The notes below the pieces were generated by a model. That model did no database searches and was not told where the DNA came from. It saw only the letters and a list, made by a program, of their open reading frames with translations. From Candidatus Bathyarchaeota archaeon (lineage in GTDB: Archaea > Thermoproteota > Bathyarchaeia > Bathyarchaeales > Bathycorpusculaceae), in assembly GCA_963828195.1 (NCBI GenBank), contig CAWHDT010000008.1, forward strand, positions 64,001 through 128,000: a stretch of 64,000 nucleotides of DNA, read 5' to 3'. A program made the position numbers and the translations under genes. This document shows, piece by piece, positions 50,032 to 60,266 of this stretch (positions are counted from its first letter, which is position 1; every line of letters begins with the position of its first letter).

Positions 50032-50634
50032 CTAAGGTTTCGTCGCTGAGACAATTGTGATGGGATTTCTTGCCATCATCATGGTGCCGCTGTTTATTTG
50101 CTTTCCCTTCGCAACCGAAATATGCACGACATCGACATCTTTGAACCCCAGTTTTTTCAGCTCATCCACCGCTGTGGTCGCCGTCTCTAAAAGTATCGCG
50201 TTGACAACTACTCGGCCATTCGCCTTCAATTTGGCTTTGGCTACAAAAAGAACATCTCTTAAGAAACCGCTGCCGCCTATCAGGATAGCATCTGCCAGTG
50301 GAAGGCTAGCAAGTGCCTCAGGCGCCCTACCCAGCGAAATTGCGGCGTTTCCTTGAACGCCAAACTTTTCCACGTTACTCTTCGTTAACTCAATTGCTGC
50401 TGGGTCCTCGTCGATGGCGTAAACCTTGCCTTTTGGCGCGACTTGAAGGGCAGCCTCAACTGTTAAGCCTCCTGTGCCGCAGCCGACATCAACAACGATT
50501 GAGCCTTCGGATAAACGAGCTTTAGAAATGGTCAAAACCCTAATTTCCTCTTTGGTTGGTCCGGGAACCTTATCGTTTTGGTTAAACAGTTCGTCAGGTA
50601 TCCCCGGAGTTTTATAAGCCCAAGTTTTGGCCAT
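50032..50634 (-). CDS. cbiT: Cobalt-precorrin-6B C15-methyltransferase
   Basis: PGIPD, TKEEIR, DVGCGTG, ARNPI. Confidence 0.93.
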   Translation of the reverse strand: MAKTWAYKTPGIPDELFNQNDKVPGPTKEEIRVLTISKARLSEGSIVVDVGCGTGGLTVEAALQVAPKGKVYAIDEDPAAIELTKSNVEKFGVQGNAAISLGRAPEALASLPLADAILIGGSGFLRDVLFVAKAKLKANGRVVVNAILLETATTAVDELKKLGFKDVDVVHISVAKGKQINSGTMMMARNPITIVSATKP

Positions 50635-50653
50635 TCCCAATCAACTTACCATT

Positions 50654-51319
50654 TTACTTCACGGTTGGATTGATAACCATTACGCATAAAGACCCAAAAC
50701 TCATTTTAGAAATTTGATCTAAACAGCTGGAGGTAATTTTCTCATCATCCAGCGTCAAATTCTCACATACAAAAACACGAGTTTCTTTGTCTAATCCATT
50801 TTTGAGAAGAAAGCTTGCAATTTCTCTGGGGGGAAACGCCCGTGAATCTGGAAGAAGAATCACATTTTTCCCATTTTTAACGCATGAGAGAAAATGGTTT
50901 CTGTCTTCAGCCGCCACGTTGCCTTCGTGAAAAGTAAACAAGCACGTGTTATCCCAGCTTACGCCAATCTTAGCTGCGCACGCTTGAATCGAGCTTACCC
51001 CAGGAACCACGTTAATTTCATCGGCCTTTACTAAGCCGCTATCTAAAACAGTGTGCAGCAACCCTGAGAAACCGGGGTCGCCCGTAGACAGCAAAGCCAC
51101 TTTTTTGCCTTTTTCGCCTGATTCAACAGCAAATTTGAGGGCGCTGTTCAGGTTTTTAGCGGTTAAAACCATCGTTTCCCCTCTAATGTCATCTTTAAAC
51201 AGGTTTAGGCTTCTTTGGGCACCGATAACAATGTCTGCTTGCTGCACTGTTTTTCTTGCTGCAGGAGTCACGTAATCAGGTGAACCTGGACCCGCGCCGA
51301 CTATGTTAAGTTTAGCCAA
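50654..51319 (-). CDS. cbiE: Cobalt-precorrin-7 C5-methyltransferase
   Basis: VGAGPG, STGDPGFSG, PGVSSIQ, CENL. Confidence 0.9.
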   Translation of the reverse strand: MAKLNIVGAGPGSPDYVTPAARKTVQQADIVIGAQRSLNLFKDDIRGETMVLTAKNLNSALKFAVESGEKGKKVALLSTGDPGFSGLLHTVLDSGLVKADEINVVPGVSSIQACAAKIGVSWDNTCLFTFHEGNVAAEDRNHFLSCVKNGKNVILLPDSRAFPPREIASFLLKNGLDKETRVFVCENLTLDDEKITSSCLDQISKMSFGSLCVMVINPTVK

Positions 51320-52401
51320 GGTTTGTTGCACCTAGCGTTGTCGTCCATCCCGAGGACCTTGCCATCCATAGAAACGATTACTATGCTTATCTTAATTTTA
51401 TTTTCCACTCTGTCGCTTACTCGCTGGCTAACCCGTTTTGCAATCCTGTCATAAGCGGGTTCCAAAAGATTTACTTGCCTCAAAATTTCAGAAGCCTCAT
51501 CCGAAGTGTTAGCCGCAAGTAAAGCGTTTATCGTTTTGGTGTCAGCTCCAACGGCTCCAGCGTAAGAAGCGATGACCTCGTTTCGCGCATCCCCCACTTT
51601 ATGATGAGTATTAAAAATGTTCGCTGCTAATTTCACCAGTTTCCCAGAGTGACCGAGAACAATGATTTCTTTAACATCTTTTTCGACGGCTTTATCAAGC
51701 ATATAACCAACGAAGTCGCCCGTTTGAACTATCGCATCCTCAGGCGCATTAAACTGCTGCTTAGCAATACGCTCCCCAATGTTTCCCGGAACAAGAAAAA
51801 TTCTCTTGTAGCCGCGCGCTAAAGCAACGTCAATTTGGGGAACCAGCGAGCGCCTACACGCCTCCAAAGACAGAGGTTTCACAACGCCAGTCGTGCCTAA
51901 AATGGATACGCCGCCAACGATGCCGAGCTTGGCGTTCATGGTTTTTTTGGCGATGTTTGCCCCTTCAGGCGCAGTAATCGTGACTTCAACGCCTCTCCCG
52001 AGGGGTAATACTTCTTTGACTGCTTCAGTTATCATGCTTCTCGGCACTGGGTTAATCGCTGACTCGCCGATTGGAACCTGCAATCCCGGCTTTGTAACTT
52101 TGCCGATGCCTTCACCGCTTTTGATGGTGACTTTGCCGTCGTCTGTTAGCTTTACCCTTGCAGTTATTTCCATTTTGTCGGTGACATCAATGTCTTCTCC
52201 GGCATCTTTCACAACAACAGCTTCACCCGTGTCTTCGCCAAGTTTTTGGCTGGATTTCACAGGCACCTCAAAACGCAAGCCAATGGGGGTTGGAATAACT
52301 ACTCGGTCAACAGGCTGCTCAAGCACGGCTACTACGGCGGCTTTTGCGGCTGCTGCGGCGGTTGCCCCTGTTGTTATGCCATACTTCAAAAACCTCGCCA
52401 T
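51301..52401 (-). CDS. cbiD: Cobalt-precorrin-5B C1-methyltransferase
   Basis: GITTGATAAAAAKA, KDAGEDIDVT, AINPVPR, GGVSILGTTG. Confidence 0.96.
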   Translation of the reverse strand: MARFLKYGITTGATAAAAAKAAVVAVLEQPVDRVVIPTPIGLRFEVPVKSSQKLGEDTGEAVVVKDAGEDIDVTDKMEITARVKLTDDGKVTIKSGEGIGKVTKPGLQVPIGESAINPVPRSMITEAVKEVLPLGRGVEVTITAPEGANIAKKTMNAKLGIVGGVSILGTTGVVKPLSLEACRRSLVPQIDVALARGYKRIFLVPGNIGERIAKQQFNAPEDAIVQTGDFVGYMLDKAVEKDVKEIIVLGHSGKLVKLAANIFNTHHKVGDARNEVIASYAGAVGADTKTINALLAANTSDEASEILRQVNLLEPAYDRIAKRVSQRVSDRVENKIKISIVIVSMDGKVLGMDDNARCNKPWLNLT

Positions 52402-52416
52402 AAAAAGTCGCCCCAG

Positions 52417-53490
52417 CTACCCGTAAGCTTTGCCTTCAGCCATGGAAAGCAACGAATTGAAAACTGCTACGGCAATTGTGCTGCCGCCCTTGCGCCCTCT
52501 GGTAATAATGAATGGTACGGGGAGTTTTGCGACTACTTCTTTTGATTCTGCAGCGCCCACGTAGCCCACGGGAACAGCCACAATTAACGCGGGTTTAACA
52601 GCGCCCTTCTTAATCTGTTCAGCTAGCTCAAACGCCGCCGTCGGAGCGTTCCCAATAAGCACAACTGCGCCGTCTAAGCCGTCTTTTATGGCTAAACGCA
52701 TAGCAGCCGCAGACCGAGTTAAAGATTCGGTGTTCGCCAGTTTAACCACTCGTTCATCGTTCATGTATGTGGAGATTTTGCCGCCGAACTTTTTAAGTCG
52801 CGCCTCATTGATGCCTGCCTTCACCATCTTCACGTCGGTAACTATTTTTGCACCCGCTTTAATGGCGGCTACACCTGCATCCACTGCCTCTGGGCTTATG
52901 ACTAAGAGTTTAGCGAATTCAGGGTCAGCGGTGGTATGGACTACCCGCTCGATTATTGGAACTTGATTTTTAGGCACCTTGGTCAATGTGTCGCCGATGG
53001 CTTCGCGGATAAGCATCATGCTTTTGTCAACAATTTTGCTTGAAGCGGCGATAGAGTATGCATCGACTATCTCGCTGTCCCGCTTGATTTCTTGTCCCAG
53101 CGCTTTGAGGGCTTTTTCCTCAAGGATCTCAGCAATGCGTTCATCGCTGCCTAAAGGCTCACCGTAAAAAAGTATTATGCCCCGTCCTTTAAGTTGGGAT
53201 TCCTTCTCCTTTACGCCTATTGATTCGGGAATATCTTGTGTTGTGTGCACGCCAGGAGCGAGAAAAGCGGGAACCAAAACAATTTTTGACACCCCCCTGT
53301 TTGCCAGCGCATCTATTGCCTCTGGGATTGTCGGTGTATCCCTGACCATAAATGCGATTTCAACAATCTCGAACTTGGACCGTTTGCGTAAGGTTTCTGC
53401 TAGTTTTTCGAGGTTTTCCCGGTTATGGGGCAGTTTGCTTCCGTGCCCAATTAGAATTAAACCAACTTTATTCAACGCTGCCTTTGGCAA
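52417..53490 (-). CDS. CbiX(S) cobaltochelatase / CbiC precorrin-8X methylmutase fusion
   Basis: N-terminal GHGS and GVHTTQDIP; C-terminal RVVHTTAD, IGNAPTA, PVGYVGAAESK, GRKGGS. Confidence 0.9.
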   Translation of the reverse strand: MPKAALNKVGLILIGHGSKLPHNRENLEKLAETLRKRSKFEIVEIAFMVRDTPTIPEAIDALANRGVSKIVLVPAFLAPGVHTTQDIPESIGVKEKESQLKGRGIILFYGEPLGSDERIAEILEEKALKALGQEIKRDSEIVDAYSIAASSKIVDKSMMLIREAIGDTLTKVPKNQVPIIERVVHTTADPEFAKLLVISPEAVDAGVAAIKAGAKIVTDVKMVKAGINEARLKKFGGKISTYMNDERVVKLANTESLTRSAAAMRLAIKDGLDGAVVLIGNAPTAAFELAEQIKKGAVKPALIVAVPVGYVGAAESKEVVAKLPVPFIITRGRKGGSTIAVAVFNSLLSMAEGKAYG

Positions 53491-53491
53491 A

Positions 53492-54793
53492 TCAGTTTTT
53501 CCCCGTTTTTTCAAATAATTTAACAGCCAGGTCAATCAGTTGTTCGTCGCCGTTTTTGGCGGCTAACCGCAAGTTTTCAACAATCGGCACAAAAGTCTGT
53601 TTTAGCAAAATTGAAGTTAAATTGTCAAGAATTTCCCGTTCTTTCTCATCCACGTCGCCTATCATTCCTAAAGCCGTCGCAAGTTCTTTTTGCCGAACTT
53701 GCTCAGCGTTAGAAAGCAGCGACGAAATGATAAGGCGGACGGAGAAGCTTTTCATGTCTTGGTTTAGGATAACAAGTTCCTCGTCTAAGATTTTGACTGC
53801 TTTCTCGATGCTTTTTTCTCGCTCTTGCTTGTTTTTGTCGGCGATTAACTGTAAATCGTCAATATTGTAGAGTTTAGCTTTCGGAACTTCCTGAACGGTT
53901 TTTTCTACGTTGCGCGGATTTGAAATGTCAATGATTAAAAGGTCATCTTTGTTTGTGCGTTGCTTCATTAATCTTTGAAGCATGTCTTTAGTCAAAAGGT
54001 AATGTGGAGCAGCCGTTGAGCAGATTACTACGTCCGCGTCAACGAGCACTTCTTCAAACCGATTAAACATCACCGCTTGCCCCGAGAGGTCGGCAGCTAA
54101 TTTTACCGCTCGCTCATGAGTTCTGTTAGCGATAAAGATTGGGCTTAGGCATCTTCGAGCTAAAGCTTTGGCAACAAGCGTGCCTATTTCTCCAGCGCCC
54201 ATAACCAAAATTTTCTTGTCTTCCAAGTTGCCCAGCAAGTTAACGGCTAATTCAACTGCTGCTGAACCAATCGACACCGCGCCTTTGTTGATGCCTGTTT
54301 CGTTTCTTACCCGTCTGCCAACGGTCATTGCACGATTAAACAGGTGCTTTATGATCGGACCGACCGTTTTGGCGTTTTCTGCTTCTAAATAGGCGTTCCA
54401 GACTTGATTAAGAACCTGGTCTTCGCCGATAACCATCGATTCTAAGCCTGAGGTAACCCGCAAAAGGTGACTGAAAGCATCGTTGTTCACTGAAGTTTCC
54501 ATGGCTTTAGCAGCCTCAACAGCGTAAGCCCCAGCTTGCTTCAACCAGTAATCCTTAACTAAATTAACTGCGTTTTCGGCATCTTCAGTTACAACAAAAA
54601 TTTCGATTCGGTTGCAGGTCTGAAGAAGCAGGCATTCTTCAACATTTTCAAGCAAACTGATTTCGGCAAGCGCTTTTTCCTTTTCTTTAAACGCTACAGC
54701 CTCCATTAAAGGCACCCGGGCTGTTTTATGCGTTATTCTAACGTTGATGACATGGTCTATCTTCGCCGAGGAATGCATGGTTGGATAAACCAT
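53492..54793 (-). CDS. hemA: Glutamyl-tRNA reductase
   Basis: QTCNRIE, GLESMVIGEDQ, GAGEIG, DISNPRNV. Confidence 0.96.
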   Translation of the reverse strand: MVYPTMHSSAKIDHVINVRITHKTARVPLMEAVAFKEKEKALAEISLLENVEECLLLQTCNRIEIFVVTEDAENAVNLVKDYWLKQAGAYAVEAAKAMETSVNNDAFSHLLRVTSGLESMVIGEDQVLNQVWNAYLEAENAKTVGPIIKHLFNRAMTVGRRVRNETGINKGAVSIGSAAVELAVNLLGNLEDKKILVMGAGEIGTLVAKALARRCLSPIFIANRTHERAVKLAADLSGQAVMFNRFEEVLVDADVVICSTAAPHYLLTKDMLQRLMKQRTNKDDLLIIDISNPRNVEKTVQEVPKAKLYNIDDLQLIADKNKQEREKSIEKAVKILDEELVILNQDMKSFSVRLIISSLLSNAEQVRQKELATALGMIGDVDEKEREILDNLTSILLKQTFVPIVENLRLAAKNGDEQLIDLAVKLFEKTGKN

Positions 54794-54795
54794 GC

Positions 54796-54815
54796 GGCTT
54801 AAATATAAGCTTTAC
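54796..54815. promoter_or_regulatory. Compact bidirectional promoter
   Basis: CTTAAATATAAG in a gap of about 50-60 nt between two divergent operons. Confidence 0.5.
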
Positions 54816-54841
54816 CTAAATACGCGTTGGGGCACTTTGGG

Positions 54842-56410
54842 ATGATTTTACAACACAGAATTGGTTTGGTTTATCTTCCAGGAGCGCTTCCCTGCTTCGA
54901 AGACTTCGGGAATTTGCCAACCGACCTAGTTTGCTCTGATGCACTTGTAGATGGCAAGCCAGCATCTGAAGTTTTAGACATGATAATTATCCCAGGTGGA
55001 AGCCTCGTTGAATCACAAAGCGTCAACAAAAAGGTCGCACAAGAAATAATTAAAATGGCTGAAAACGGCAAATTCGTGCTTGGAATCTGCTCGGGTTTCC
55101 AAATCCTCGCAAAAGAAACCGATGTAGGACGCCTATCAAAAGTCCCGATAACCAGAGAAGGCCTAGGACTCTTAGATGCAGAGTTCGGACCGTTAATCTG
55201 CACAGACCGCGTAAGCGCCACTATAACTGGTAAAAGTTTCATCACAGGTGAGGTTGGCAAAGAAGTTTCAGGCTTCCACTGCCACACCTACGGCAAAATC
55301 CTGCTTCACAAAGGCTCAAGAACCATCCTTGTTTCCCATGCAAAACGCGTCAACTATCATAGCGACCCCCAAGATCTGGTTTCAGGGGTAGCCAATAAAG
55401 AAGGTAACGTAGTCGGCATTTTCATCCATGGATTACTGGATCAAAATCCAGCAATCATTGAAAGTATCACAAATTCGCTGGGCATCAACGCAATTGAACT
55501 TGAAGAGATAAGAAAAGTGAACGCTAAGCTTGTGGAACAAATTAAATGCGAAGTTGGAATCTCAACCAATATCCATCAGCAAGGCGCAGTCACTCAAAAA
55601 ACGCCCCGTTTACTGCTGGTCACGGCAACGGGAAGCGGTTCAGGAAAAACTTTTCTTGTGACGGGCATTGCCGGCGCATTAAAAAAGAGAGGTTTCAAAG
55701 TTGGAATCATCAAAGTTGGCGGGGACATAAGAGATGTTGTGCCTGCGCTTTATCTCATTAAAGAGCCGATTAAAGGTTACTCGTCGATTAAAATTGGGGA
55801 AAGCGGCTGGAAACCTCTTGCTGAAGCAGTAGGTGAAGCCAGCCAAAATCACGATTTTCTCCTCGTTGAAGGAGCTATGAGCGCTTTTACAGGACTGTTA
55901 AATGATAAAGTTGTGAGGCCTACTTCGACGGCTGAGGTTGCAGCGGCTTTAGGCGCCTCTACTGTTGTGGTGGTTAGCTGCGATAAAGAGGGCATAGAAG
56001 GTGCCATGATTAACACATTAAATTACGTTAAGGTTCTCAGAAGTCTTGGAGTAAAGATAACGGGTGTTATCTTGAACAAAGCGCGTATAAGCTACTTGAC
56101 TGACGAAATGAAACTCACGATGAAAACTGCCTTTGAAAACGTCGGAGTTGAATTGCTGGGTATTGTACCGCGGCTTGATATGGAGGGAAGAGGCATGATA
56201 CCTGAAATAGAGATAAAATATGAGGAGTTCGGAGCCCAAGCCGTCGAAACAACTGAGCAATGCATAAACTTGGAAGCGCTGACCAAAATTGCTCAAGCGC
56301 CCTCACTTAAACAGGTTGATTACGCAGCATTTATGGAAAAATTCAAAAATCTATTAATCAACTATAAGATTAACCCCTGTGAAGGTGACAAAACACAAAA
56401 TTGCTCATAG
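54842..56410 (+). CDS. CobB/CobQ-type GATase domain followed by a CbiA-like ATPase domain (permuted order)
   Basis: IIIPGG, GICSGFQ, GFHCH, IHGL, then TATGSGSGKT, VEG, GVILNK. Confidence 0.8.
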   Translation: MILQHRIGLVYLPGALPCFEDFGNLPTDLVCSDALVDGKPASEVLDMIIIPGGSLVESQSVNKKVAQEIIKMAENGKFVLGICSGFQILAKETDVGRLSKVPITREGLGLLDAEFGPLICTDRVSATITGKSFITGEVGKEVSGFHCHTYGKILLHKGSRTILVSHAKRVNYHSDPQDLVSGVANKEGNVVGIFIHGLLDQNPAIIESITNSLGINAIELEEIRKVNAKLVEQIKCEVGISTNIHQQGAVTQKTPRLLLVTATGSGSGKTFLVTGIAGALKKRGFKVGIIKVGGDIRDVVPALYLIKEPIKGYSSIKIGESGWKPLAEAVGEASQNHDFLLVEGAMSAFTGLLNDKVVRPTSTAEVAAALGASTVVVVSCDKEGIEGAMINTLNYVKVLRSLGVKITGVILNKARISYLTDEMKLTMKTAFENVGVELLGIVPRLDMEGRGMIPEIEIKYEEFGAQAVETTEQCINLEALTKIAQAPSLKQVDYAAFMEKFKNLLINYKINPCEGDKTQNCS

Positions 56411-57075
56411 ACCTCAAACTTGAAGGAAAAACCGTTATAGTGGTCGGCGGCGGCTCAGAGGGTTATCGGAAAACCCAAAGTTTCGTTGATTCAGGCGCTA
56501 AAATCTGGGTTATAAGCAAGGATTTTTCAAGCGGCATCCAGCAATTGGCTGATGAAAAAAAGGTTGCTTTAGTTAAAACTGAAATTAAAAACGCACAAAC
56601 CTTCGTCGGCAGCTTGAATCCTAAGCCAGATGTTTTTTTAGCTGTGACAAACGAGCCTAAACTTAACTTTGACCTGGTTAAGGCGGCGAAATCTGTTGGC
56701 TGCATGGTTTATTCAGTGGATAACCCTGCTTTGAGCGATTTCATTTTGCCGGCTGTGGCAAGAGTTGGTGATGTAAAGATTGCGGTTTCCACTTCAGGAA
56801 AAAGTCCCGCCATGGCTAGGGCGCTAAGGGAAAGGATAGAGCAGATGATAACGCCTGAGGATTTACTTGAGATTCAACTACAAGCCCATTTACGCGGCAT
56901 CCTTAAAGAAAAAATATCTGATCCGAAGGTTAGAGGCGAAATGCTATACGAGATACTTAATAATGATAACATTAAACAAGTTTTAAAAGAAGGAAAGCTT
57001 TGTGAGGCTCAAGAAATGGCGTTGAAACTCTTAGAGAAAAAGGGAGGCAAAGTTAGTGAGTTTTCCAACTGTTAG
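56401..57075 (+). CDS. sirC: Precorrin-2 dehydrogenase (SirC/Met8 family)
   Basis: VVGGG, VDNP..DF, AVSTSGKSPAMA. Confidence 0.9.
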   Translation: MLIDLKLEGKTVIVVGGGSEGYRKTQSFVDSGAKIWVISKDFSSGIQQLADEKKVALVKTEIKNAQTFVGSLNPKPDVFLAVTNEPKLNFDLVKAAKSVGCMVYSVDNPALSDFILPAVARVGDVKIAVSTSGKSPAMARALRERIEQMITPEDLLEIQLQAHLRGILKEKISDPKVRGEMLYEILNNDNIKQVLKEGKLCEAQEMALKLLEKKGGKVSEFSNC

Positions 57076-58036
57076 AATGAGAAGACTGCGCAGAACTGCA
57101 GCGATGCGCGACATATTAAACCAGATAAATCTTCAGCCAAGCAACTTGATTTACCCAATCTTCGTTGACGAAGCCATAACAAAACCCGCTGCCATCGAGT
57201 CAATGCCGGGGTACAGCCGATTGCCAATCAGTCTGGTTGCAGAAGAGGGAAAACAGGCGTTGGAGCAAGGCGTCAAAAGTGTGCTTCTTTTTGGCATTCC
57301 AGCGAAAAAAGACGAAGCGGGAACAAGCGCTTTTGCCAAAAATGGGGTTGTTCAAAAGGCAATTGACGAGTTGAAAAAAACTCACGGAGAAGAACTGGTT
57401 GTTATCGGCGATGTCTGTCTATGCGAATACATGAGTCATGGGCACTGTGGCTTAGTTAAAGACGGCGAAGTGCTAAACGATCAAACGCTTGAGGTGCTTG
57501 GTAAAGTTGCTGTTAGCCAAGCTGAAGCAGGCGCGGATGTTGTAGCACCCTCGGCTATGATGGATGGGCAAGTAGGCGCAATCCGAGAAGCTTTAGATGA
57601 TTCAGGTTTTGAGCAGATTCCAATCATGGCATACTCGGCGAAATACGCGTCGGGTTTTTATGGTCCATTCAGGGAAGCAGCTGAATCCACGCCGAAATTT
57701 GGAAACCGCAGAAGCTACCAAATGAGCCAAGGAAGCCAAGAGGAAGCCCTGCGAGAAATCGAGTTAGATCTCAACGAAGGCGCGGACATGATAATGGTTA
57801 AACCGGCACTGGCTTACTTGGACATTATAAATCTGGCAAAAGCCAACTTTAACGTGCCCATAGTTGCGTACAACGTCAGCGGCGAATACTCGATGGTTAA
57901 AGCCGCCGCGCAGAACGGGTGGATAGACGAAAAAACGGTGATCCGTGAAATCTTAACAGGCATTAAACGTGCAGGCGCCGACTTAATCATAACCTACTTT
58001 GCCAAAGACATTAAATCTTGGTTGAATCAAACTTGA
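57056..58036 (+). CDS. hemB: Porphobilinogen synthase
   Basis: DVCLCEYMSHGHCG, APSAMMDG, MVKPAL. Confidence 0.97.
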   Translation: MSFPTVRMRRLRRTAAMRDILNQINLQPSNLIYPIFVDEAITKPAAIESMPGYSRLPISLVAEEGKQALEQGVKSVLLFGIPAKKDEAGTSAFAKNGVVQKAIDELKKTHGEELVVIGDVCLCEYMSHGHCGLVKDGEVLNDQTLEVLGKVAVSQAEAGADVVAPSAMMDGQVGAIREALDDSGFEQIPIMAYSAKYASGFYGPFREAAESTPKFGNRRSYQMSQGSQEEALREIELDLNEGADMIMVKPALAYLDIINLAKANFNVPIVAYNVSGEYSMVKAAAQNGWIDEKTVIREILTGIKRAGADLIITYFAKDIKSWLNQT

Positions 58037-59331
58037 ATGAATCCAAATCACAAACGCTTTTTGAGCGAGCCAAAAAAATTCTGCCCGGAGGCGTAAACAG
58101 TCCAGTCCGAGCTTTCGAGCCATACCCCTTCTTTGTGGACAGTGCCCAAGGCTCCAAAATGTTCAGCGCGGACGGGATTACGTACATTGACTATTGCATG
58201 GCATATGGAGCTTTGCTTCTTGGACATGCTTACCCGGACATCGCGGAAGCAGTGAAGAGCCAATTGCCTAAAGGCTCACTTTATGGCGCCCCAACCGAGC
58301 GAGAAGTCGAATTTGCCGAGTTAATCCAGAAGTCGTCGCCCTGCATGGAGATGCTTCGGCTCGTCAACTCAGGCACTGAAGCAACCATGCATGCCATCCG
58401 AGCTGCAAGAGGCTACACAGGAAGAAAAAAAATTATCAAGTTTGAGGGTTGCTTCCACGGTTCTCACGACAGCGTTTTGGTTAAGGCAGGGTCAGGCGCC
58501 ACAACGTTTGCGGCACCGAACTCCCTTGGAGTTCCCGAGGAAACAACCCAAAACACGATTGTTGTTCCCTACAACAATGTTGAAGCGCTTGAAGAAGTAA
58601 TGAAGCGCGAAGGCAGCGAAGTTGCAGCAGTGATTGTTGAGCCAGTTTTGGCAAATGTTGGGCTTATTTTACCCAAAAAAGATTATTTGAGCTACTTAAG
58701 AAAAATAACAAGCAGCTACGGCGCAGTTTTAATTTTCGACGAAATTATAACAGGTTTTCGCTTAGCCTTAGGCGGCGCACAAGAATACTTCAACGTAAAA
58801 CCCGACATGGCGACGCTTGGCAAAGTGCTTGGCGGCGGCTTCCCGCTAGCCGCGTTCGGAGGAAAAAAAGAAATCATGCAAAACATTTCACCAGTCGGCA
58901 AAGTATATCAGGCTGGAACCTTCAGCGGCAACCCAGTTTCAGCAACGGCAGGCTTCACAATCCTAAATATTCTAGGTAAAAAGAAAAAAGAAATTTATTC
59001 AAAGCTTGAGAAAAACACCGCCGACCTAAAGAATGCTCTAACTGATTTAGCCAAAACCCATAACGTGCAAGCACAAGTGTACAATATCGCTTCAATGTAC
59101 CAAATATTCTTCACAAACGAGCCAGTCACTGATTATCTTTGTGCCAAACAATCTGACACAAAACTATTCAACGTTTACTTCCAAGAACTTTTAAAGCAAG
59201 GCGTATTTATCCCGCCGTCCCAGTTTGAAACCTGCTTCTTATCAACAGCCCATGCAGAAGATGATTTGAAACATACAATAAGTGCTTTTGACAAGGCATT
59301 AAACAAAGTGGCAAAGGAGAAAACCCATTAA
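58018..59331 (+). CDS. hemL: Glutamate-1-semialdehyde 2,1-aminomutase
   Basis: PGGVNSPVRAF, NSGTEATM, GKVLGGGFP, YQAGTFSGNP. Confidence 0.97.
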   Translation: MVESNLNESKSQTLFERAKKILPGGVNSPVRAFEPYPFFVDSAQGSKMFSADGITYIDYCMAYGALLLGHAYPDIAEAVKSQLPKGSLYGAPTEREVEFAELIQKSSPCMEMLRLVNSGTEATMHAIRAARGYTGRKKIIKFEGCFHGSHDSVLVKAGSGATTFAAPNSLGVPEETTQNTIVVPYNNVEALEEVMKREGSEVAAVIVEPVLANVGLILPKKDYLSYLRKITSSYGAVLIFDEIITGFRLALGGAQEYFNVKPDMATLGKVLGGGFPLAAFGGKKEIMQNISPVGKVYQAGTFSGNPVSATAGFTILNILGKKKKEIYSKLEKNTADLKNALTDLAKTHNVQAQVYNIASMYQIFFTNEPVTDYLCAKQSDTKLFNVYFQELLKQGVFIPPSQFETCFLSTAHAEDDLKHTISAFDKALNKVAKEKTH

Positions 59332-60266
59332 TGATTCTAAACGTAGGAACCAGAGGAAGCGTACTCGCGCTTGCACAAACAAATCGAGTTCTAAAACAAA
59401 TCAAGCAAGCACACCCCGACGTCGAGTTTAAAGTTGACATCATCAAAACCGTCGGCGACAAGGAGCAAGGTAAAACCCTGTTCACGATTGACTGTAAAGG
59501 CATTTTTGAAAAAGAAATCGACCAAAAAGTAATCAACGGGGAAGTTGACTTTGCCGTCCACAGCCTAAAAGACGTGCCCATAGTTGACCAGCAAATTGGC
59601 ACGGTCTTAGCCGCAATCCCGAAAAGGGATTCGCAAAACGACGTGTTCATCTCAAAAGGAAAAGTTTTGCTTAACGATTTAGCCAAAGAATCAGTAGTTG
59701 GAACAGGAAGCCTGAGAAGAATGGCGGAAATAAAGTTTATCCGTCCTGAATTAGATGTGCAGCCAATCAGAGGCAACGTAGACACACGAATCAATAAAGT
59801 TAGAAAAGGAGAGTTTGCAGGCATTGTAATAGCTGAAGCAGGGCTTGAAAGAATGAATTTAATGAACGAAGTTACTGAGCGATTGTCGCTTGACTGTTTC
59901 CCATCAGCAGCAGGACAGGGCGCTTTAGCGGTGGTCGCGAAAGAGGGCAACGAAAATGTGATGGCGATTTTACGGTCTGTTGAAGATAAAGCGACAAGAG
60001 CCGAAATTACGGCTGAACGAAGCCTCGTGCTGGAACTGGAAGGCGGCTGCCGAGTGCCAATCGGCGCGGTTGCAAAAGCAAATGGCAACGACCTTTCGCT
60101 TTTCGGCTGCATATACTCACTTAACGAGAGAAAGAAAATCAGCGCATCCGCAAACGGCAAGTTAGCTGAAGCCGATATGCTAGGCGAAAAAGTCGGTGCA
60201 AGCCTCATAAAACAAGGAGCCAAAGACTTCGAGAAAGAATGGAGAAAAAAATATGGCGCCTGGTAA
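59331..60266 (+). CDS. hemC: Hydroxymethylbilane synthase
   Basis: GTRGSVLA, AVHSLKD, RGNVDTR, GGCRVPIG. Confidence 0.97.
   Translation: MILNVGTRGSVLALAQTNRVLKQIKQAHPDVEFKVDIIKTVGDKEQGKTLFTIDCKGIFEKEIDQKVINGEVDFAVHSLKDVPIVDQQIGTVLAAIPKRDSQNDVFISKGKVLLNDLAKESVVGTGSLRRMAEIKFIRPELDVQPIRGNVDTRINKVRKGEFAGIVIAEAGLERMNLMNEVTERLSLDCFPSAAGQGALAVVAKEGNENVMAILRSVEDKATRAEITAERSLVLELEGGCRVPIGAVAKANGNDLSLFGCIYSLNERKKISASANGKLAEADMLGEKVGASLIKQGAKDFEKEWRKKYGAW

Noticed and set aside
54780-54842. Cobalamin riboswitch
   Set aside because: The intergenic gap is far too short
59207-60223. 338-aa antisense ORF (and the many similar shadow ORFs)
   Set aside because: Antisense to hemC or other well-supported genes, with no motifs
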